Source: Phoronis australis (lineage: Eukaryota; Animalia; Phoronida). From it: a stretch of DNA of 64,000 bases. The translations under genes were made by a program, and so were the position numbers. Below are positions 1 to 13,700 of the stretch, in pieces. Location: positions 682,707 through 746,706 of the forward strand of contig NMRA01000118.1 of NCBI GenBank assembly GCA_002633005.1. The letters are read 5' to 3'. Each line of letters begins with the position of its first letter. Within the stretch, counting starts at the first letter, position 1. The notes below the pieces were generated by a model. It was not told the DNA's origin, made no database searches, and saw only the letters and a list, made by a program, of their open reading frames with translations.

Positions 1-1504
1 TGCAGGAAACCTAAACACTATCTTGTTGAAGTATTACTGAATATTCACAATCATGACTTATCTATTTATGCTCTGTCTTACTCGTTTTTTACTTCAATTG
101 TAAAGTCAAATTTTGTCCAGATCATCGATAAAAAGTTAAATAACAAAACAATACGCTGTCCTTCAATATTCCTCAATATACTCTTCATTACATTATAGTA
201 TACTGGATACATCGTAATATAAAACAAACCGTCTTGTTTCTATTATTTAACTTCCTACTTTACTTGTACCAGAGCACACAATACTACGTCTATGTACATG
301 TATGAAACCCTAAAATTACTGAAAGTCTGGAAAGTAATCAAACGTTTTTTCGATGCCGTGTATATAAAAAATTCACCCCGCAAATGTTGCGCGACAAACT
401 GTTGTATAATCCACACCCCGGCGAGGAGACAGTTATTTTTGGTAAAAGGTCAAATTAAGCATCAGGTTATTTGGCATCACATCCTAGTCGAAACCAACAA
501 ACGCGTTGTGTTTGACAGCGTTAACATAAACCAAATACTTCAAAACTCCATTGGGGCCGAGAGGTTTACAGATTTTTGAAATCTTAAAAAATGGAACCAT
601 GTTTGGGGTTCTGCGAGAAGCAGTGAGAAATTAGCATCTTAAATTCTCCAAAATATTCATTGAAGAGACCAAAGTCCTTGTTAACCTTTAATACATGATG
701 TATACCTGTATGATATTGACTGATGTTTCCCATTCTCGGACATGCGCAGTTCAAGTTTTCAAATCTGTTCTGCTAAAAGCCTTTTAGTTCATAGAAAGAA
801 CAAGTTATACACTAGGTAGCCGTAGTTTTATTATACAACCACTACTTCTCTTGTCCGTCCATTACTTAAACGAAAACAGTTTCTCTTGAAAACATCAACG
901 GTCTCCTCATAAACAACACATTGGTTTGAGTAGACGCTAAGCCTTTTCGAGAGTCCTGATTGAAAGCAATCTCTCAAAGAGATTTTCCTGCAGTAATCTC
1001 TCAAACTAAATTGCACTCTGGGTAAGTATACTTTATATTCGAGAGAGTTCTATTAGAAAAGGAGACTCCATTATTTATTTTTGAGGCAATATATATTTGT
1101 CACCGATCGGGTGCGTTCCTGTAATCGTGATTATTCGGCCGGGTACGAACAAATACTTTAATTTTCAGGCTCCTTCCCGTGTCATATAGTTACCAAACAC
1201 GTCCAAACTCAAGCATTAATAACTGTGCACGGATTTGTGCGTGTCGGTCACCACCTTTTCAAAATGTCACTGTATTCGGAAGGTGGCGCTGTTAAAGAAA
1301 CTAAACTTATTTCAGCCACCAAATATAAGAGGAAGAACTTAACTCACCGGCGTTTCGGCTCATCTTCATAATGCAAGGTCTGAAATGATATTCGAAGGCT
1401 TATGTCGTTTTTCTACCATCTAGATTAAACAAAATCTGGAAGTCAATAAATCAACATAACCTGAGCGTATTAAATTATAGGTAAACCATTGCTTTTGTTT
1501 TCAG

Positions 1505-1714
1505 GAATTTGCAAAGCAATACTCTAGAAGAACTTGGCGGAAAGATATTTAACGCAAGCTCGACAGTGAATAAGTTACTTTTGCAGAATAATCACCTCGC
1601 TATGATACCCGTCGATGGATTTGATGACGTCACCCTCACTAAAATCTTCCTGGACAACAACCGACTGACGTTGTACCCAGGACCTGCCTTAGCGTCACAA
1701 CCAATTACAGAACT
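1505..1714 (+). CDS. Gene 1 exon 1 (in window): LRRs
   Basis: ttcag|G...CT|gtacgt; [15 protein letters not shown]...[16 protein letters not shown]...[12 protein letters not shown]; 210 nt, phase 2-2. Confidence 0.9.
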
Positions 1715-4700
1715 GTACGTATACAAACAGTAGACTGGACTAGCTTGCAGAAGGGAGGCGGGCGACGGGGCGCACATCAAAACATATTACATAAGTATTT
1801 TAGAACAATCCGTCAGATTCTCATATCATTCAAACAGTTACCGAAAATAACGCTTACCGATGGAAAATTTTGCTAAATTACGCTCGTGAGCGTACTTATG
1901 GGTGGTCCCAATTTTCGGAATTTCCCGGTACAAATACGAATTTACTGTTTAATTTTCTCATACAAGTTGGAAAGGATATGAATTAATAATGTAAGTAGCC
2001 TGGTGTTGTTAGTGTAACTATGCAATCAGGAAATCCCCGCTACCAACTTCAGGTACGTAACATCTATTTAACAGTAGAATGCGGGGGATTGAAGTCACAA
2101 CTGTCTTGTAACACTGGAACTGTTCTTCATTTAGGAGCTTGGTAAACAATCAGATCGGTGACATTCCCGACGGCTACTTCACAGGTCAGTCGTCTCTCAC
2201 CAGGCTAACCATGTCGAACAACAATGTTTCAAGGATCCAGAATGGCCTTCTTGATTCTCTCACAAGCCTGCAGTATTTGTAAGTAAACGTTCAGATTAAA
2301 GGAAATATTCTTCTTACACACTCCCCATAAATAGCTCAAGTGGACCAGGTTACTCAGTGATCCATGTCTGAAATCATATTTCATTTCATAGCAGAAACGA
2401 TTAACATCATATAGCAACCGCTGCTTTTCATTTGAGTTGCACAGTTCTTTTGACGGTAGAAACGCTTGCACGTGGCATGTTATATTTACTGAGTGATTAC
2501 TTTTACTTGATGTCAAATGCAAATTGAATGGGTCTTAAAAACACCCGTTTAGTCTAGGATCCCGACCATAACAACAAGCTTCACGAATAATTTAGTAAAC
2601 TCTGTGCTAAAACAACCCACACTATCCTGTGACTGGTGGCCTAAATGTGTAATCACAAGCACCGTTTTTGCCATTCACTCAGGCCCTCAAAAAGTCCAGT
2701 GCAAACATTTACTCGGTTACTCTTCGTACATGTAGTTCTGATCACCACGCATGTGTCAGCGTGCGGCACATGCTGTGGACTGGCGTGCGTTCAGTAGACG
2801 CTAGGACCTACGCTAGGACCTAGCTACAATCTAGTCAAAGTCACGTGTTTTCATTTAAAATACACGGCAATATCTCACGTAATCTCGTGAAGTCTTGCTT
2901 TTTAGCGAGGTCCTAGCGTTACTGAACGGGAGGCTGGTGTATACGACCGTGACGTCAGCACTTTCGGTAAATGTCGATTTCACTGGTCAAACAGAAGTAC
3001 AGTGAATACGTTTTCGCATGTCCGTACGAATGTGTCGGTAAAAATTCACTCCCGACCGCATTTTAAATAATGAACGCGAACGTGCTGTTTTGAGAACGTA
3101 TGTAATGCACTGGTGTGTGACGTTGGTTAAACTCGGAGCTCCAAAGTGTTATTAAAAGAGTACCTTTCTTGGCGTAGATTAACGCGTACTTTTGGTTAAT
3201 CTACGCGTACTTTTAGTTCTTAAACGATCACCGTTCTGCTATCAATCAATGCTTACTTTAGACAGTGCTAGCTTTAAAACGCATCCAAGAATTACATGAA
3301 AACTTCGGTAACGGTACAGGGTTGAGCAACACGGAACAATAATTGTTTTGGTTAATTTTGCAGGACGTTTGACAACAACGACATCAGCTACATCGATTCA
3401 AAATCATTCCAAGGCCTGGTGAATCTCAAGGAGTTGGACCTGTCACGAAATCAACTGACGTACTTCCATGGACTCCCCGCTTTAAGCAAGCTAACCCACG
3501 TTAAGCTGCAGGAGAATAGCCTCGAATCTGTCGAATATCTTGCATTCTCCAAACTAGCCGTCTTGGGAAGCCTGTGAGTCTGAGAACACAATATTAGCGT
3601 TTGCTTCTTACATTTACAAAGGTCCAATTTATTACATTGAAGTAATGCTTAAAATTTAGAAACTAAGATGTTCTCGTGCCATATCGCCTCCCCTTTGCAA
3701 GACTTGAAGATATATCAGAAATCCACCTATGTATTCGTCTTGTTTAGCAGCAGTGGAATACTTGCAAACTATACAGCCTTAAGTGGGTCAATACATCACG
3801 GTTCACCAGTTACTATTTTGTTGGAGAGCTGATTGATGGCGAACGACACGACTGTTTTTTGTTTAAGCATTCGAAAAGTTATATCTTTCACAATTCTTCC
3901 TCTTTCATATCCTTTAAACGTAAGAAATGGTGTTCGTGTAATCACGATTCACGAGTGTGTAAGCAGTAAACGTTATTGCTAAATCCTTAATAGTTTCTAC
4001 CTTTTTGAAACCTATTTGTCAGTTTATAATTTCAATTACATGTATATTCTTAACAAAGTTGCTATCGCTCATCAAGGTAGCTACGTATTAACAAGGCCAT
4101 AGATACAGCAAACAAAACTTAATTTCCGGTTTTTATGTTAATCCATCAGATTACATGTACATATTTATCTTTGATGGAGTCGATAATACCTTGTGGTTGG
4201 GTCTACTGAATAAAACAGATCCACGTGTAAGAGGACACACGCGTCCTCCATTATGCTTTTGTGATTCCCTTCTGCCGACGCAGTCCGTACAAAACTACTT
4301 AATGATATAAAATTGTCTTTAATAAGGATCATAATATTATGAACTTCATCAGCAAAAATATGTTTAACAAGCATAGTTCCGTTTGTTTCAGTAATCTTAA
4401 CAACAATCCTCTTGGTTGCGACTGCGCCCTCTACTTTACGCTCAGTCCTGTCAATCAAACTATAACCGGTGGAACGTGTAGCCAGCCAGCAGTTGCTGCT
4501 GGGGTGAAGTTTAGTTCTAGTTTCACCTCCAATTCTAAATACTTCACAAATGTCGATCCAGCTGCGTTTCAGTGTTGTAAGTATATAAATTTTAACATGC
4601 ATTTTATAGGCGTAAAACTTGTTTCGTCATATTGTCATCACTCATTTCATGGAATTCAGTTAATGATTCTCGATCTCAAACCGGGAATGTTTCAGCAGAG

Positions 4701-7700
4701 CTTGAACCAAAATCACGTTTATCACGTTTTGATTAAGTGTGTCTCAAATTTGTCAAACACAATGTGTCAACATGACTTCTTGATTATAGCCATCCTAAAC
4801 ACGATAGAAATGGTGGCATCTTACGTCAATTAGTTATCACTTCTGTCACATTCTAGCTGCTAACCAAATCAACGCGTCCACACCAGGAGACTACCAAGTT
4901 AGACTACAATGGTACTCCACCGAGACCCTGTATCCCACTCAGGACACTAACATTACTTATAATGAAATCTGGTGAGACTCATTCAACGCTCTCAGTGATA
5001 GATGGGATTACCTGTGGATTTTTGTAAAACGAATCAGGGGTATATGTTTCCAGTCCATGACAACATTGTATAACACGGCATTGCTAATTGTGTCGTTATT
5101 TCACTACTGTGGTATTGTATAATTTCTTGTAGACGCTGTAGTTGTCTTTGAATGAGGTTTCTCCTGCACATCTTCATTTAATCAGATGAACAACTGTAGT
5201 GGCCAGGAAAATTGAGCAAGTGGTTGGGATAAACATGAACGCATTGGTTCGACTCTCAAAGGAGCTGCAGTGCGAGCTTTTGGAAGTAAAATCTGCAACA
5301 TCAAACTAAGACAAAAAGCTATTTTTACACCTTTTAGCAGCCATCGCCTTACCTCTAAGAACTTGTTAATTCTAACAAAACTCATAGTTGAACTGCTCAA
5401 GAAACTCTCGTGAAATTCATGTATATCTGACCCAATTGTCACGCGAGTATACTGGCTCATTTCCAGGACTTACAACGTGACTTGTATCAGCGCTGCTGCA
5501 CCTACTCTGAAGGGTTCAGTCAACCACAGCCCGGTGCTTACCTCATCTCAGCTGGTCACTTACCAGTTTAACCAAAGTGACGGTGTGTTGGCTGGCGTTG
5601 ACTACCAATGCTATGTGCAGCTGACAGCTAACGGCAATACCAGTGCTCATAGTCCCATTGTATATTTGACCACACTTGATGCAGGTAAAGTAATTCAATT
5701 AAGTTAAGAGTTCGTACTCTAAACTTTCAATATGAATTACACACACGCACGTACGTACGCACACAAGACTCGGTAGTGGCTGTTTTAATAAGAACGTAAA
5801 CGCTTCAGTCCCAACAAGAGCCGCTGGGCAATTGTCATGACATGCTCCTGGAGAGTTGGGACATTTTTCTCCTCTTGTTTACCACGATCATTCTCATTGA
5901 CAGTTTCTCTTGTTTTAACGACTGCTACATGTACAGTAGTCAAACACCATAAATGAGATGCTGCAAAGCTAGGAATTAAGATTGATATTAGTTCTGTAAG
6001 CTGTTCACGCTTGTTTTATGTGTTGCACTTGGCGATACACCGTGTTTAGTTGTAGATCCATGTAGTTATGTAGGAGATTCATCTTACTTTCAGTGCTTTT
6101 GGTGAATCTACTGTTTCATTTGTGGAGTTTCCTGTACCCGTGGCACCACCTTTCAGCGTCACCTGTTGACACTCATGTCCCATTGTCGAATCCGTATTTT
6201 CTTATTTCCAGCATCTAGCGGCGCCTCTGCCGCGGTTGGTGATTACGTCTTGGATGTTACGTATTACGACTTCTCAGTTTCTGACGGTGATTTTGATGGG
6301 ACTAGTGCTGACACATTCTCACGGCCGACGTATGTTCCGAGCCCTTATGGTGCCTGGCCACGAATTTCGAATAATCCTACTGCAGATTCCTTCTCTGGCT
6401 GGTTTCGCTACGTCTCTTCGAGGAACCAAGAATTTGTTCGCAATATTACTCTGAAATACGAGTCTGGCGCAGCTGTTGATCCCACACACAGGTAAATTAT
6501 TTCCTATTTGTTACATCTTTTAACGATTGCAGTAGCAGTTCTTTGAGGAATTTAGTAACTGAATTGAGTTGTCAATTTTCAGATACCGGGAAGTGTCATT
6601 CTACCCTGTTGATGGCATCGGATTTGGATCTCAAGGCTCACGGGACAGTTCAGGTGTACTTCACAACTTTGGGTAAATGAGTTTCATTTTTTCTGCATAA
6701 ATTACCGAAATTTGGTATTGCTACAAGCGAGCTCAAAATCTCATTATCCAATTTCCAGCGATTACCAGTAAAACTCATAATTTATTTCAATCATCAGAAA
6801 AATAAGTCGTGATATTTGTCACTTCTAGAACTTAGTTGGTGATGAGCGCTTATAATTTCCAGATATGCCATGCAATTACTAAATTGTATTTATTCAGGTT
6901 CACGTCGGCTATCAGAGCAGCTTTTACGTACAACGGTGAAGGGACGATAGCTGTCGGTGGCGGCGACGAACTGTGGCTTTATCTCAACGGAGTTTTAGTC
7001 CTGGAGATGACAAGCTCTTCGTCTACCGCGTGTAAAAAGATTGATATCACGGCTGCTAAAAACCTAGGTACGTGCAATTTGTTTGAGTAGACGAACACAC
7101 TTACATTTGCTATGTAATCGTTTTGTGCACGGTGAGTTAAGAAATTGTTTTTCTCAACGCTTCCTAGTGATAACGCCTTGCTAAATTTGCTCTGCAGGTG
7201 GCAGCACGTTAACGCCTAAGAAAGGAACAATAATTTCTGGTGACTGCATAGGACTATCAAGTATTAGCAATGAAGCCGTGTCTCTAGAGTTAGAGGTAAG
7301 GTCTGCTTTGTTATGTCGTTATTAACACGAGATGTGTCGCCACATGAATGCTATGAATTAATACAGGTTCACCAAGCAATCCATTCCTGGACTCGTATGG
7401 GGTCTGGCCAATCACCCGTGAGCATACCCAATGATACGTTCCAGCCACTGAGAATACATGCGCGCACCCACCCTAAAATATAGGGGGGGCTCCAATTCTT
7501 CATTATCCGGACATTTTACTGAAAAAAAATTAACGAGGTCTTAAATGAAAACGGAATTACTGGGTTCAGGCCTGCCAATCGTGCATCCGCGCCGAATTCC
7601 TGTGGACTTTGTGGACTTTTGTCTCGTTTACCCGGACTTTTTGTTTCACTGAATTGGACCTTTTTGCCCAATTTGCCAAATTGGGTGCTCGTTCCAGCCT

Positions 7701-10700
7701 CGAGAGCCCCCCCCGGGTGCACTCACGGAATATCAGAATCTACCGGGTTTCAATTTTAATAAAATCTGAGTAAATATCTAACATTAGAATGGTAAAATAC
7801 TATTCTTCAATTAAGTACAATGGATTACCTGTCATCCAATGCAAGCACACTCCTCTCATTTGACCAAATTTCCCATTGGGTGAGGACAGTTTGGGTTTGG
7901 TGGATAGAAGCTACTGCTCTAGTATACGCGATTATGCTTACATGTATCTCCGAAATTAGATACTAGTGTTGGTCGAGTGTTTCTCCACCGAGTGCACCAT
8001 GGTTACGCCAGGGCCAAGTCAAGGAGTTTGCTATAAGTACTTAGTTGTTTTCTGAGCGAGTTCGTCATGCTGTCTTACATATCGTAATCTTGAAGGTCTA
8101 CGAAGCATCGTAATTCTTTATATCCGCTACTTTGGAACGATGCTTGAACTTTTTGTATCATAACGTTTGTTTATGTCGTGTTCGCAGGTGGGTGAAACAT
8201 ACCATTTTGACGTATTTCACGTGAAACGTAAAACTGGTACCTCCAGTTTCTACATTCAGACGGAGAAGATAGCGTTCCAGACAGGAACAAATAGATCACA
8301 GCCCATAGACTACAAAGTCGACATCAAAGAGGACTATCCCGTTGATGGCATTGTTGCAGACGTTGATCTTGAAGACTATTTTTCGTCTGGACCCTCTTAC
8401 ACCGTCACTATGCAGACAGGTAGGAGAAATGTTCGACAATACGTAAATTATAAACCTGTTTGGTAAAGACCAATTTACGCACAGGTCATTTTCTTGACAG
8501 AAACACTTTAACTAAATGTCTGTAAAACGGATAAAAGAAAGACGTGAAAGGATTGTTAAGTGCCAATACACTCTAACATGAATCTCATGAAAATTAATTT
8601 AACGGCTGTTTTTAAACAACACAATAACCTACATGTAGATATTTGACACACTGATTGTATGACTGCAGGCAACAGAGCTCGCCATTTCACGGTAAAGGCC
8701 AAAACTGCATCCAATGTAGCGGCAGCAGCGACACCTTCAGGGTCCAGTTCATACAACTATACAACATTACTCATCGACGGGAAAAACACGTCCTTCGTTG
8801 GTATGTATATGATTAAAAGGAACTTCAATCCTGCTCCTGTACAATTATGTTTATTATGGTCGAATTCATCAATTTAAAAAAGCATACTTAAGAACTGAAT
8901 GTCAAATTGACATATGGTTTTGCAGAACTTATCAGCATGTTAGTTGTTGGAGACAAGATAGTATTCTAGATCTCGTTAACTTTTAAAATTTGTAACCATG
9001 TATTTGTCAATTTCGTGAAAATGCACATTTTTACTTTAAACGTGAACTTTAAAGGCAGTATAACCACCGTTCCAAACGTGTAGCCGCATGTTCTTACTGT
9101 CGATACGCAGGAAATCGTCTCATACTTTTATTCAACTTCAGTGAATTGAAATGCATTGCATTGGTAGCGTATGAAATTAAATATTAAGTTGGTACACTAT
9201 GGAGATGTTGTATTCTTGAAACAAAACCCAATGAAAGTTGACAACTCCATTAAATATTTAAGGAAATGTTTGCCGCGATTATTGTCATTTTCAGAATGTG
9301 CGTCTGTGTCCAAGATATCAGAGGCAGACGACAACACTTTGGACACCTACACCATTTCTACACAGAGGGCACTGGTCATTCTTAACACATCACTGGATTA
9401 CGAAGTGGCAACATCGTACAGGCTTACAGTGCAGGTTGTCGACACTGGAAAAAACCCTGATATGACGGGACAGATAACAGTTCAGGTGATTTTTTTGTTC
9501 AGTTCGTCATAGTTGTATTAATTTCTACTTGTTCTGAAAGTGGTGATGATCATTTATCAACCTTACCTAAACCATGCATCTCTCTTGGCTTCTTAACAAA
9601 ATACATTCTAGGTTGCTCCGCCAGAGCAGTTGTGTGATCACTTAGGAGCAGTCTCACATCCACAACTTACGTCAACATGCGCGCACCCAGCCTTTAATAT
9701 GGGGGGCTCGAATTTCTGGCGATGTGGACCTTTCGTTGACAAAAAGCGGGAGGACTAAAAAAACGGGGTACCACCTTCACTGTGCGTCTGCGAGTTTTGG
9801 TGGACTTTTGTCTCGTTTTCTCGGACTTCTTGTTTCTTGATCTGAGGCGGACCTTTTTGCCCACTTCACCCTGGGTGCGCGCATGGTCAACCAATTTTTG
9901 AAAGATACTTGCGTGAAGAGCTGATTTAAGTTTCAGCTCACACTGTCCTGAGCTGGAGATAATTCAATCTCCATGGCGATTTAGAACCCTTTATTTTGAC
10001 CAATGTACAATTTCAATAACGGCTAAGCTATCCAGTGAAGCTCAGTGGTTTTGTTTCACAATTTTTAAGGAGTGCGTATATGTTTTTTCGAATCCCTGTC
10101 CATTGTTTGTGTTTAACGTTTTCGGAGTTCTTCCTGCTTGTGAAGTGCAGCTCTTGGTTCAATGCTTTTGCGACGATTGATAAGTTAAAGTGTAACTGGA
10201 CATTCATTAATTCTCGTTTGTCTTAATTGAACACCATTTTATTGTCGAATGGTCTGCATTTTACTAAAGGGAATTAGTAAAATGAGGATGATTCAGTTAC
10301 AAAATAGTGTTCAATCAAACGTGTTTGATACTGTACATTAATAAACAATTTTACCTTCAGCATCATCGTACCAGTTCATACAGTGTATGTAATTTTCCAG
10401 ATTAACGTTCTTGATGTCAACGACAACTGTCCCATAATTCCACAGTCTTCTCACACCATGGCACCTATACCAGCGCTCCAGGTGGCGCCAATAGCTAGCA
10501 TTCTAGCTACAGATGGTGACAGCAGCAGCAATGCGGAGATTGAATACTTTGTCTCTGACGTGGCCCTGGAGTGAGTTCACCTTTCTTTTCCCGTTTTTCA
10601 CACTAAATATATTAAGAGTAGTGCGCTCGAGTTCAGTCTACTAAATTGCCAGATTCTATGAATACATTGTGATCTTGAAGAACATACTAACGAGTTCGTT

Positions 10701-13700
10701 TCAATTTCTAGCCCACCGTTTCATTACAATGAAACGATGGATTTAACGCGGGAAGTCTACGTGCAGAACTCAACTCTTACTTTCCAACTGATTGCGCTGG
10801 ATAAAGGAACACCCGTCCGTGGAACTTACGCCACTGTCACGTTCGTTGTCAGCAATACATGTATTGTCAGTGTATTGTTTCAACCAATCAAATATGTTAT
10901 AACCGTCAATCAAACCAGCGGCGATGTTACCCTGAGAATACCCGGATACTGGGTATATGATTTCCGTAAGTATGAAGTAAAAACAAAAGTGACTAATTAA
11001 ATGAATATAAAACAATTTTCGTCTTATTGTTCATAATGACGAGTTTTTACTAAACTCATGGTATTTAGATGTTAGTTCCTGCAAGCGTTTGCATATTTAA
11101 TGTTCATATTAGCCCAGTTTGCACCTTCAGTCGTTACATCATCATGTTGACACATAACAAAAATATAACTGAAGTGGATAATTTTTTCCTTTTAGCCTGC
11201 TTGGACATAGTTGGTATCAGCACGGGATATGTCCTGGATACAATGATGTCAGCGTCTAGTTACATAGATAAATCAGAACCTGGCCGAGGACGAGTGAATG
11301 CAACCGCAGGTAATTATAATTCAATCAGTAATTCAAGAATGTCTTTAGGGAAGATCCTGGACCTAGTGAACGCCAAGGAAGTTCAGATTGTCCACAAGAA
11401 GTGTTGATCATTGGAAGAATTGTTTAGAAATGTATTAAAACCGGTAATCAATGCGTACTAAATAGAATAATTGAACCTCACGGAGGAACACAATTACTTA
11501 TATTTTTCCAATCCAAACGGAAAGTAATGTTAACCTGTCTTCGTCTTAGTCGTGAATGATGTAACCATAGAAATCATTATGGGGAGGTGATAAATGAGGC
11601 CATGTGTAGAAATACAGGTATAATTTCGCAAACGAATTACCAACGTGATGCTGTTGGTACAGAGAAAACATTAAGTCGATATCATCGACTATCGTGGCCT
11701 AAAAATTATTGTACCTGCAAAGAGAATTCCCATAATTTTCAGATACTTACAAGGGTTTGACTGGAGGCTGGTTACCAAGTAGCAATGACCATAACCAATG
11801 GCTGCAGATTTCATTTGACGAGGTGTACAAAATACAAACCGTTCAGGTTCAAGGACAGTACGGAGTCAACAACTGGGTCAAAACATTTAAACTGAGCTAC
11901 AGTGACTCAAGCGGAGGCCCCTGGACAGAATATAAAAACAGCTCCGGAGTATCGGTAAGTGCATATCTTCCAAAAATATTTCTCCTCTGGTTGTGCTACT
12001 GGACATACATTGTAAGCAACAGATTTACCATTTGACAGTTGCTTTAAACTGTTACTGCACAGATATAGGGATCGGGATATCCAGGCTGACCTCCACTAAA
12101 GTGGCCAAAGGTGAAGTGATTTCGACCTCCGGACGAAGCTGGGTGGTAACTGCGAGCACGGAGACGAAACATGTCTTGAGGGAAAGGAGTTGTACATACA
12201 ATTTGGCCCCAATGTTCCAAAACTTGCTGCGCCTGTGTGCTGCATTTCTCAGTAACCGGACTAAATCAGATTGGATTGTTGTTGATGAATGTTGCAAGTA
12301 GCATCGTCAANAACACAATTACTTATATTTTTCCAATCCAAACGGAAAGTAATGTTAACCTGTTTTCGTGTTAGTCGTGAATGATGTAACCATAGGAATC
12401 ATTATCGGGAGGTGATAAATGAGGCCATGTGTAGAAATACAGGTATAATTTCGCAAACGAATTACCAACGTGATGCTGTTGGTACAGAGGAAACATTAAG
12501 TCGATATCATCGACTATCGTGGCCTGGAAATTACTGTACCTGCAAAGAGAATTCCCATAATTTTCAGATACTTACAAGGGTCTGACTGGAGGCTGGTTAC
12601 CAAGTACCAATGACCAAAACCAATGGCTGCAGATTTCATTTGACGAGGTGTACAAAATACAAACCGTTCAGGTTCAAGGACAGTACGGAGTTAACAACTG
12701 GGTCAAAACATTTAAACTGAGCTACAGTGACTCAAGCGGAGGCCCCTGGACAGAATATAAAAACAGCTCCGGAGTGTCGGTAAGTGCATAGTCTTCCAAA
12801 AATATTTCTCCTCTGGTTGTGCTACTAAACATAAGCAACAGATTTACCATTTGACAGTTGCTTTAAACTGTTGCTGCACAGATATTGGGATCGAGATATC
12901 CAGGCTCACCTCCACTAAAGTGGCCGAAGGTGCCGGAGGTGAAGTGATGTCGACCTCCGGACGAAGCTGGCTGGTAACTGCGAGGACGGAGGCGAAACAG
13001 GTCTTGAAGGAAAGGAGTTGTGCCTACAAGTTGGCCCCAATGTACCAAAACCTGCTGCGCCTGTGTGCTGCATTTCTCTGCAATCCGACTAAATGAGATT
13101 GGATTGTTGTTGATAAATGTTGCAAGTAGCATCGTCAACAACAATAAAAATCACGCAAATAATAACAGCATCAACGAACACAGCATAGGCAAGACCACTA
13201 TGAAAAATAACATTGATAGGAAAAAGGCTTAATACCTGTGTTTTGGTCCTGAAAAAAGGTATATACGTCCCGTGCACGTACAGTAGACGGATACTCTCAC
13301 TGCACCTTGTCCATCTCTTATCGCTGAACAATTTTAATTTCTTGTTTCAGGTTTTTGCAGGAAATGTAGACTCCTCTTCGGTTGTCACAGTATCCCTTGA
13401 TCCAGCCGTTGTTGCGAAATACTTCAGAATTCACCCGCTCACATGGAACAACAATATCGCATTGCGACTTGAGTTGAACGGCTGTAAAGAGGAGCAACAA
13501 CTATATTGTAAGTATTTTTCGTTTTCCTGCAATATTTAAGCGACTTTGTAGTTCCCATGCATAGTTATTTTTCAAAATAGCATTATTGTCTGGGCAATAA
13601 CTCGCCTACCAGACAAATCCAGCATTCACACAGTTTGTTTTAGGTAAGAATCCGTTTCAGTTCTGCTTAAATTTCGATAATCTTTCGACAAGTGTTGTTC

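Noticed and set aside
1-60. tgcag at the window start as a possible exon acceptor
   Set aside because: No LRR-like translation in the expected phase and no suitable donor site.
1341-1372. Minus-strand TGAAGA...GAAACG hammerhead-like motif
   Set aside because: The core C is missing and stem II cannot form.
2783-2934. Repeated acgctaggacct units as a CRISPR-like array
   Set aside because: 12-bp head-to-tail units with no spacers, inside a TIR element, in eukaryotic DNA with no cas genes.
4165-4602. 145-aa minus-strand ORF
   Set aside because: Antisense shadow of the LRRCT exon; no recognisable motif.
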